24,230 bases of DNA from Rhizaria sp. SCN 62-66 (lineage: Eukaryota), in the NCBI GenBank assembly GCA_001724265.1, contig MEDY01000082.1, positions 62,001-86,230 of the forward strand, read 5' to 3'. Of the stretch, positions 1 through 9,073 are shown piece by piece. The translations under genes and the position numbers were made by a program. Every line of letters starts with the position of its first letter. Positions within the stretch are counted from its first letter, which is position 1. Below the pieces are notes generated by a model. It saw only the letters and a list, made by a program, of their open reading frames with translations, did not search any database and was not told the DNA's origin.

Positions 1-341
1 TGCTCCAGTTGTGAGTGCTGTACTTCTTGGCCAAGGGCCTTCTTGGACTGACCGAAACGGATCTTCGCGCGCTTGAGCGCAGTGCGGAAGGTGGCGACGG
101 AGAAGTTAAGGCTCATCTCTCTCATCACAATCTCGTACTTGTCGGCGTTCTCCAAGTTGTTCTTACGGAACCCAATAGCAGCGAACTCCGCCAGACGCTT
201 GTCACGGATGAGGTGCTTTCGACCTTGACCCCGCATGGGACGACGATCTATCACAGGCTGGCACGGGCGGCTGTAGCGCTTGACAGTACTCTTGGAGACT
301 TTAAGTTGGCGCGCGATGCGACAATTAATTATACCCACCAT
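1..341 (-). mobile_element. Tc1/mariner (IS630-Tc1-mariner) transposase, N-terminal DNA-binding region; degenerate and truncated by the window edge
   Basis: The minus frame from ATG 341 (absent from the ORF track because it runs off the edge) reads MVGIINCRIARQLKVSKSTVKRYSRP...MRGQGRKHL...MSLNFSVATFRTALKRAKIRFGQSKK. This gives HTH1 (IARQLKVSKSTV), a GRPR-like linker (GQGRK) and HTH2. A different frame from nt 34 reads LAKKYSTHNWS, matching the 'F/LAKKY..W' segment before the first catalytic Asp. The catalytic domain and TIRs were not seen. Confidence 0.75.
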
Positions 342-728
342 GAAACCGATTTGTTTCAAACTAAGACTTGAAGCATCTCTGGATCGTGATATGTAGGGGT
401 GAAACTTCTCTTAGCAAGCCTATATATTTGAGCATTTTAAGTCATCGCGAAAGTGCACGCGTGCAGCAGCTTCACTTAGCGGTGATGTGCGAAGCGCTCG
501 CGTCGCAGCACTCATCTCATGTATTAATAGTACGTATTGCAGTCGTGGATTCATACTTATATTGTACTCGTTGGAGTCATCATTACACTTTAAACATCAT
601 GTGACCTCCTTATCTGTAGCTAGTTCGAACACCAGTGGCCTTGAACTCCTACACTACACCGACGGGTACCTGACAGCCAAGTCCCCTGAGCCTTCTTATC
701 CTCAGAATGTTCGTTATTACTCTTGCTT

Positions 729-1553
729 TCATCGAATCTTTATCGTCATAATTTTCTTTATTGCGCCTTTGCGCATATCATTGTTCCACTGCTCTCGTCT
801 AAACGCAACAATATGGTACGTAGTACTTTTTTTAGTACAATCAGAGCCATCCTCAGTTTGACTTATTTCATTGCTATCCTCTTCTTCAGACATATCTTCC
901 TCCCCAGTTTCTTTGTCAGTGCAGTCATTTTGTTGATGTGTCAACGTGTTGTCATTGCCGTCGGCGCACTCGCTCTGATTCAGGTCAGCATCGCTATCGG
1001 TCTTCTTCGAACGCGCCTGCGCGTACGCCGCTTCTTTTTTGTCACGCGACTTCAAAGCTTGCTTTTGCTCAGAATCAGCTTGTGACTTTGACTCTGACCC
1101 AAGGCTATCAGTCGGTTAACCAAGCCATTTAGCCGGCAGCCAGCGTACAGGGTGCTCGCCGCGTGCTGCCAGGAGGTGGTTTACCTTGCGGTAGACATCG
1201 AATCCGATGAACTGGTGCTGCGCGCCGGGTGTGCGGAGGTCATCGTTGCTGGAAGACGGGTCTGGCTAAAATACCTAATCCACTGGCAGCAACACGGACT
1301 TACTGCCACTTCGAACTGCGTTGACACCGACATCATCGTTCAACACCCAGTACTCGTCGCACTTACCGGTAGTCAGAGTCATATTGCTGTTGGAACGCTC
1401 GTCACCGTTGCAGTCGCTGTCGTTACTATTGTTGTTGTTGTTGCCAAGATCGTCGTTGTTATTATTGCCAATATTAAGATATAGAGTGCTATCTTGGCAC
1501 AGTATGTGGCTGATGTAATCTTGGCGTGAAGGGGCGTATTTGGAAAAGACACG
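729..1553 (-). pseudogene. Frameshifted, stop-interrupted coding-like tail downstream of the repeat protein
   Basis: One frame reads RVFSKYAPSRQDYISHILCQD...NNNNDDLGNNNNSNDSD...DEYWVLNDD...LLPVD*VF*PDPSSSNDDLRTPGAQHQFIGFDVYRKVNHLLAARGEHPVRWLPAKWLG*PTDS... and continues into ORF 729..1055. Stops are TAG 1275-1277, TAG 1266-1268 and TAA 1116-1118. This frame is offset by 1 nt from ORF 1379..3229. Confidence 0.55.
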
Positions 1554-1573
1554 TTAGAATTAGAAGAACAAAT

Positions 1574-3970
1574 CTCAGCCTTGTACGCGCTGCGCGCCTC
1601 TTGAGCGAGATTAGAGGCAGACGCTACCTCCTTACCAAGATCACGAACAACGTTCAAAAGACGCTTGACCTCACTCCACTGTTGCTGTGCCTTGTGTGGG
1701 TTACGCGACAGTGGACGAACCCTCGCTTCATCAAGAGCCTCAAGAGCTGTAACTGCCTTCTTGCGAATTGCGAGATACGTTTCTTTTGTCCTGGTCATAT
1801 CGTCATGCAGCTGCTCAAGAAACTCACTTGTTGCAGTTGCAACAATAACAGGAAAGGCGACAGAGGCAAAAGTAGCAACAGCTACGTCGTTTGTACTGAG
1901 CAAATATTTTGCTTGATCCATGACAGAAAATATATTTGTGCAGAGATTGCGAGCCGCAATGATCTCGCGCTCAATCTTCTGCGTCTTCGGAGAGCCTGCC
2001 ACTTTTTTAAGAAGACTTTGAGTTTGAATTGCCTGATCACAAAGCTTTTTTAAATCTGCGTTTGTCTTGAGCCTGTTCGAACGTAGTTGTTCGATAGATA
2101 CAGCTTTCCGCAAATATTCATAGGCTGGCACAACAGTTGTTGCAACGACTGCATCAGGGATTGGATTATCAGTCATAACCCCAGCAATTGTCCTTACAGT
2201 AGAAGCCAAGTTGTACAATGCACGCGCCGCTGATGCAAGATACGCCGCAGTTTCGGACTGGAAAGTAGTGGTGTTAAGCGCAATCCTGAGACGCTCAGTT
2301 TTAGTGCGCTGTTGCTCCGCCTCGTCCGGGTTTCGCAACTGAGTACAAAGCTTCTCACCAAGAAGAACTGCCTTATGAGCGGAAACAGTCTGTTGGCGCC
2401 ACGCACAAGCGACTTGTTCTGTCTTGGTTATCTCAGCTTGCAACTGCTTAAGGGTTACATGCGCGACCGTTGGCGTAGCGGCACAAACATCGGATTTAGA
2501 AGTAGCAGCAATCGTGCTGGCAGCATGGACACTCGGGGAAGTAGTAGCAGCAGCGATAGGCGGTACAGCAGCCTGGCTGCACGGCATTTTCACCTGTTTG
2601 GCAATGTTTACCACAGTATCTGCAAGCCCGTTCACATCGATATGAGAGGTTTCATTGGCATCAGCATCAGTAGCCGGGCTGTACGCATTAAGCAACCGTT
2701 TGGGGATGTCTTTGTTTAAATTCGCCTTGATGCATAGGTCACGGAGCGTGCTATCAAGAAGCTCGATTTGATCACGCTGATGCTGCGCGCGATGAAGATC
2801 TTGTGACGGGGAACACATCCTCGCTTCAAGAAGAGCTGCATAAGCAATAGATACTTGTTGGCGGATAGTGCAGGACGTTTTCTCTACATCAGTCAACTCC
2901 GCACACAGCTGTTCAAGGGCCGTGGTTGCTGGCGCTGCTGTATCCTCAGAGCTCTCAGTAGGATAAGGCACACTAACAGCAGCATCAGCATTATCATCAG
3001 CATCAACAGTATCAGCAGCAGTAGCAGCATCAGCATCAGCAGTAGCAGCATCAGTAGCAACAGGGAGAGCAAGGTTGTACGCAGCAAGCAAACATTTTGT
3101 TTGTCCCATAGAAGTAATCATCTTCGCGCATAGACTGTATGCCCTACTCTTCAGAGTCCCAGTTTCATCGTGTGTGTCTTGAGACTGAGAAAAAAAACGA
3201 ACCCTTGCACCAAGAAGATCTTTTTGCAAGTTAGATGCCTGCTAAAGCAGAGTCAGAAACTCTGCATTTGCCTGACTCAGCTTCAAGAACAAACTTGAAA
3301 CAGACTCGGATTCGACACTCATCGCAGAAGCAATGGTTGGAGCAGCAACGATGGTAACAACCACATCTACTAATGCAGGAGAAGCAGTGGAATTCACAGA
3401 GTTGCCAACCATAGTAGTCGCCAAGTTGTATACAGCACGCGCCATTTTGGCAAGACTCACAGCAATGCTCTTCTTAAAAGTAATGTTGCGGAACGCAATC
3501 ATGAAACGCTCTTGTTTTGCCTTAATGTCGTCTGTTGATGCGTCACACGTCACTGCGTTGCGAAGAATTTTACTCGCAATAGCTTCTTGTTGACGCACTG
3601 CACATGCCGCTAGCTCTGTTTCGATCACATCCGAATATAACTGCTGAAGAGAGAAAACAGTTGCAGAGTTTTTGTCCGCTGCAAAGGCGATCTGAGCATT
3701 AGCTACAGCCGAGTTATACGCAACAAGTGCTTTCTCTGCTTGAGGCGCCGCAAGCGTCAGGTTCTTGCTGATATCATTTGCAACAAGCTCAAGATGTTTA
3801 ACATGCTTGGGATCAGCGTGGTGTAAATGTGCCTTGCTTGAGTCTTGCGAATTGAAATGTGACATTGCGTGATCTAAAGCTTCATCAGTGACAGCTAACT
3901 GCTGACACAACGAGAGAAAAGCTTGCGATGTCTCAATCATCTTAGCACGCAACCGCAAAAGAAACAGTTC
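1574..3970 (-). repeat. Seven degenerate protein repeats (LxQL...RQQ...AYNLA), approx. 3970-3707, 3661-3419, 3304-3070, 2929-2672, 2464-2204, 2104-1880, 1831-1574
   Basis: Recurring motifs LQQL/LEQL/LKQL/IEQL, CQQ/RQQ and AYNSA/VYNLA/AYNLA/LYNLA/AYKAE. There is also a DNA-level match, GCCAAGTTGTA-N4-GCACGCGCC, at 2205-2228 and 3420-3443. Confidence 0.8.
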
Positions 3971-4315
3971 TGCCCCGGAAGACATAGCACCTGGGACGTG
4001 TATTGCTGCAACACTTGCATCAGCAGCAGCCCAAGTGCTAGTTGCAGCAGCAGCAGTAGCAGCAGCTGGAGTGGTTACTGAATTAACTCCCACAGTGTTT
4101 GTCGTTGATGTTGCGTCTGCATGGCTCTCAGTTGTCCTCTGGGCCTCAGCAAAGAGGCGCGATAGCTCATCATGGGCGGCATTGCTGGAATTATGCAGGC
4201 TTTGCATTGTCGCTGCAGGCGTAAGCGGGGTTGTTCGTGTTGAGGAGCTTGTGATAGTAGTCGAGAGTGCTGCCGAAGGCTCCGTCAGCTTCACCTGAGC
4301 TGCTGCATCGAGGCG

Positions 4316-4351
<36 letters not shown>
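4316..4351 (-). repeat. Perfect (CAA)12 microsatellite encoding polyQ
   Basis: 12 uninterrupted TTG units on the plus strand. Confidence 0.95.
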
Positions 4352-4353
<2 letters not shown>

Positions 4354-4991
4354 CGCCTGCCTCCGTGTCAAGGAGCTCCTTGAGATGCCTCTCCGTATCA
4401 CTCATACAAAGTACAGCTTTACCAGTAGCTAGATCGTAACGAAAAAAAAAACAAGCGTGAGGTTGTGAACGTGAGTTGAGGAGCTGGTTGAAGAGGGATG
4501 TTACATACAGTCGATTGTACGTGTATAATAAAAATGCGACTATAAAACACTTGTGAAATGTATATCGAATGTCAATAATAAAAGTACAAGTAACAAAGTA
4601 TCTGACGAGAAAATGCTTACAACGCTTCGAGAGTTTTCTTGGACAAACACAAAGCAAGCTTTTCGTGGATGTCGAGAAAATCTTGTATTGTTCTTGTCAC
4701 CAACCACGAGAGTGCATACACGCCGCCGCATCGCTATCGGACTGCAGAAGCGTTCGTAGGACACCACTGCAATTACATTGCGCATATCTGTCAACAGATA
4801 TCACATCCGAAACAGTGACATTTGTACTTAATAGCGCCTAATAAATATATATATCACCTCGACTATATACCGTGAGACTCATAACAACACCGCCACACGA
4901 CAGTCCACAGACGCCCTCGGTCGGCACTGCAGTGGCAAACTGAACGCGGCGGCTGACATGGCGCGGCAGTCATCCGCCGAATAAAGCCGAC

Positions 4992-7900
4992 TTACTTGCC
5001 TTCGAACCAGGTGTATGCGGCGCTGCCGTCGACGACGAGGTCCACGAGCAGCGGGTTCTTGAACGGCGTGCCCATACAGTGCCACACAATCTCCATCGCT
5101 TCGTCACTGCTTTCCTCGGGGCCCTCGCAGATGAGCTCATCGTGGATTTGCAGCAGCACTTTCCAGCCCAGTTCGCGGAAGCGGGCGTGCGCGTGCAGCT
5201 TCAGCATGCCCGCCATCACCACGTCCGCGGCCCCGCCCTGGATCGGTGTGTTGATTGCCGCGCGCTCAGCGTGGCCTGTGAGCGAGTCAAACCAGGAAAA
5301 ACAGTTAAGTCAGAAAATCAAATCGGGCAGCGTCAGTCACAAGATATGTGGGAGGAGACATGCATTTAGATGAGCTTGAGTTAATGTGAAATCACGTGAA
5401 AATATACCACATATTAAGATTATACGTTTTTCAGGTAAATGGAGCTTGATACAATATGAAAGCGAGGTCTCGTTGCTTTTTGTTGTTGTTCGAGCTAAGC
5501 GTTGGGCCGTACCTCGGATGGTGGGTTTCTTGTCGTTGATGCCGTGAAGCGGCCTGTAGCGGCCCATGAGCGTGCGCGTGACGCCCGTGCGCCGCGCCTC
5601 CTGGATCGTCCGCGTCTGCCACTCGAGCACCTCGGGCCGGTCCGCGTACCACGCGTCGACCGTCGCCTTGGCCTCCTTGACCGTCACGCCGAAGTCCTTG
5701 GCCAGGCCGGAGGCCGTCTTGCCGTAAGCGATGGAGAAATTGAGGATCTTGGCCTTGCGGCGCTCCGCCGAGTACTTGTCCTTGAGCAGCGGCTTCGGCG
5801 GCGCGCCATGCGCGTAGTCCCACTCGAGCAGCACGTCGCCGGCCGTCACCGCGGCCGAGATCTCGGGGTACATGCCCATCGCCGTGCGTGAGTGGAAGTC
5901 GCCGCCCAGCTTGAACGCCTCGATCATGCTCTTGCACCGCGTGATGTGCGCCAGGATGCGCAGCTCAAGCTGCCCGTAGTCGGCCACGACCAGCTTGCGG
6001 CCCGGCGCGGCCGCGAAGGCGTCGCGCACGCGGTACTTGTCCTTCTCCAGCGCGGGCTGGTTCTGCAAGTTAGGCCGCCTGTCAGAACGCAAGCAAGTAC
6101 GCAGAGATATTGTGAGCGCAATATAAAAGAAATGTGAATGCATATTTTAAGAAAACTTAACGCATAAAATGTTTGAGAAAGAGATATTTCAAGTATTGTG
6201 AAGACATATGGTCAAGTTTTCTCTCTTTGCTACGATCTCTGAAGCGTACCTGGCGGAGAGGCGGCCCGTTTCCGTGTTGAGCCCCAGCGAGCAGTGCACG
6301 CGTGAGTTGCTGTCGGCCAGCTCGGCCAGCGGCTCAATGAACGTCGTGATCATAGTTTCCACGCCGGCGAGCTTGACGAGCGCATTCATGGCGTGGCAGG
6401 CGGCCTCGCCAACTTCGCCGCCACCGAAGTGCTCGTACGCCAAACTACAATCGCAAGCCAACAAAGCGACAACAAAAAAAGTCGAAATAGACATTATAAG
6501 TTAAAAATACATGTAACGGTCATAAATGTGTTTAAATCAACCAACGTTAGCGTGTAACAACGCAACACAGAAGAAACACATCAACCCAGAGTTATAATCA
6601 TTCTGCAGTGAAAATGCAGTTATTGTACGTACCCCCACTTGGGCCCACCCTTGGCCTCCGGCTCGCCCGCCAGCGCCTTGAGCACGGGAATATTGCACTG
6701 CGGCGCGCCCTTTGGCGTGCGCGCGAGCACCGGCAGCCCCAGGCCCGAGAGCTCGAACGTGATGTTCTTCTTGGGCTTGGTCTTGCCGGGCTCGATCATG
6801 CCAGTCGTGTTCAGAGTCTCGAACGCCCTGATATAACACAGCAAAACAAAGTGTAAGCAAACGCGAAAAGAAGGTATGTAAGTCAATTGTGTGATTAAAT
6901 GAGTTCAAGATGATGATGTAACGAAACGAAAATTGTTGCCAAAAGCACAACCTCGCAAAAAACAAACCAAAAGATCTATGAGTCAATATGAACGTGTCGT
7001 AAATAATAAATATTGATCAAACGCACCTGGTAAGCGGAAGCCCCGAGCCGTGGACGTCGCCCTCCTCCTCACTGCGTGGCGCAAAGAACAGGTGCTGCTT
7101 CTGCTGCTCCGAACACGCGTTCATGTACTTGCCGTTGGGGTGGATGCCGCTGACCCACTCGATGAACTGATGCTCCAGCTTCGCCTTGTCGCGCTCGGCG
7201 TTGGCAAGAATCACGGGAAGGTAGTCCGCGCGGCGCACGTAGATGCCCTCGCGCTCCATATCCGTCAGCATTTCGCCGAACGGCAGCCAGTACTTGAGGT
7301 AGAAGTCGAACATGGTGAGCCCGCCGGCCCAGGGCCAGCGCCGCAGCTCCACCTCGAGGCGCTCGCGCAGATGCCACGTCGCCTCCGTGTCGCGCACGGA
7401 GTACTCGATCCACTCCGTCCTGGAGAGAGATGTGCAAGAAAACGAAAGAAAAGAAGAGAGTGATGAGGGATATAACACAATGATATCGGTACCTTCGATG
7501 AATTATACGAGTAAATTTGGATAGAACTCTTTATAATATAGATTAAAATGGCAAGTTTAACCCGATATTCATTTATCGCAATGTCCTGTTTTAGTTTCAA
7601 CGTGAAGCCGTACCGTGTGTCCCCGCCGCGCTGGAGCTCCAGCACAGTGGGCTTCTCGACCGTCTTGCCGATGGTGCCGTTCTTGAGCACCTTGGGCCGC
7701 GAAAAGCGGTCCGTCATCGACACCTTGCGGAACTCGGGCCCCAGCAGCTCGCGCGAGAGCGCCTCGAGCGAGTACCCACCGTCGACAGTGCGCGCGCTAT
7801 TCCACAGCCGCGCCATCTGCATCGTGTCGCCGCCGAAGCCCAGGACGTTAATGCCGTCGTTGAAGAGCACGTGCCGGTCGAAGGAGTAGTTGTGCCACAC

Positions 7901-9073
7901 CTTGCGGTACCGCGGGTCCTCCAAGTACCCCTTGAACAGACTAAGTACCCCCTCGGCGCCGTCGAGGTTGTCGACCCACAGGCGCGAGCCGTTGCCGAAG
8001 TCGACGTCGGCGCCGCAGTAGATGGACAGACACACGGCGTGACCGTTGCCGACAGGCGACTGCGCGCGCGGGTCGATGCCCACGGTCTCTGTGTCGCACG
8101 CGTGGTAGCGGTTCTCCATCCCCGGAGCCGTGAGGATGGTCAGGGCTTTGAGGGCCGACTCACGGTCATTAACGATGGTGCAGTTGGGCGGCGCTACAGT
8201 GTACTGCGGGGGCGTGTTGTTGTTATTCAGACTCGGGCTGGGATTCGCGACAGAGTTTGTGTCATTGTTGCCCTTTGAAATAGATGATAGAAGGCTTGCG
8301 ACTTGAGGTGAGTTTGTGACATCAATATCCATGTTATCACTCACGTGAGTGCTGCTGCTGTCAACAGTGGCACTGACGTCGTTTGCATCGCTTGCCGCAG
8401 CGGCGTCGGCGCTCGCAGCGCTGTTGTCGTTGACGTTGAAAGTTTGGCCGCTCGCCGCGGCGGCGGCGGCCGCATGCTGACCTGCGTTTGCCAGCTCGAT
8501 CGCCATCTTCTGGTTCAAAAGCTGCATTTTGCTCGCTTTACCCTTGCGCTTGCTCGTACTAGTGCCCGCGGCAGCAGCTGCGTCAGCAGAAGCTGTCACA
8601 TCAGCGGCAGGAACAACAACATCAGCAATCGGAGTGACAGCCTCAGTCGCATCATCGACAGCAGCAGTCTCAACGGCGGCAGCAGCAGGAGCGGCGGCAG
8701 CCTCAGCCTCCTTCCCCTTCTTCGTCTTGGCCTTAGTCGTCCGAACCTTAGGCTCCTTCGTCGCAGCCGCACTCACGGCCGCAGCATCAGTCACATCATC
8801 CGTGGCGGCTACAGTGGCCTTGGCCTTGGCCCTGGCAGCGAAATAGCGGCGGCCGAGGCCCCAGCCGCTCGCTGCCGTCGCAACCAGAGCCGTCGCGGCC
8901 GTGAACGCGCCGGGGGCGTCGGGACTGCTGAAGCGTAAGGGCTGTGGCAGAGACTGGGGGGGCGACCGAGACAGCGGCGACGGAGTCAACAGTGATTGTG
9001 ACTGTATACATAGCGTCAAGGCAGGGGCGCGGGCGCGTGCGCGGGCTGCAACGCGGGGCAAATGCGAGAGCAT
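4992..9073 (-). CDS. POP: POP-type (plant and protist organellar) family A DNA polymerase with 3'-5' exonuclease, ~1030 aa, 6 exons
   Basis: Exons 9073-7614, 7419-7027, 6827-6633, 6444-6250, 6078-5513, 5275-4992 (3093 nt, all GT-AG, frame continuous). Exonuclease motifs: HACDTET, KVWHNYSFDRH, WIEYSVRD. POP-typical stretches: DFGNG..WVD, DTMQMARLWNSAR, GGYSLEAL, NLQNQPALEKDKY. Polymerase motifs: ADYGQLELRILAH, RRKAKILNFSIAYG, INTPIQGGAAD, LQIHDE. Ends TWFEGK-TAA. Confidence 0.95.
8840..9073 (-). other. Probable organellar (mitochondrial-type) targeting presequence of POP
   Basis: MLSHLPRVAARARARAPAL... is rich in Arg/Ser/Leu/Ala, has no acidic residue in the first ~50 aa, and ends in an RRYF|A cleavage-like motif. 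Confidence 0.65.

Larger units (their letters stand above)
1379..4405 (-). pseudogene. Large helical tandem-repeat protein of unknown family (~1008 codons) with one in-frame TAG; pseudogene or readthrough gene
   Basis: ORFs 3242..4657 and 1379..3229 share a frame and are separated only by TAG at 3242-3244 (CTG CTT TAG CAG GCA TCT AAC TTG). Likely start is ATG 4405 (MSDTERHLKELL). It has seven repeats of roughly 75-90 aa, no obvious introns, and visibly lower GC than neighbouring exons. Confidence 0.65.

Noticed and set aside
15..371. Plus-strand 118-aa ORF
   Set aside because: Antisense shadow of the transposase frame; no recognisable motif.
1266..1366. Two GTAAGT...AG mini-introns (38 and 51 nt, minus) that might remove stops
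   Set aside because: Far shorter than the 133-237 nt introns here and not AT-rich; the 38-nt one would break the frame.
1480..1555. Programmed -1 ribosomal frameshift
   Set aside because: No canonical X XXY YYZ heptamer, and the downstream frame contains stops.
1116..3244. Ciliate-type code (TAA and TAG both Gln)
   Set aside because: POP ends in TAA exactly at the family-typical C-terminus, and no in-frame TAR occurs in the conserved genes.
4406..4657. N-terminal 84 aa of ORF 3242..4657
   Set aside because: TTG start and AT-rich, intron- or UTR-like sequence; ATG 4405 is more plausible, though an upstream exon is not excluded.
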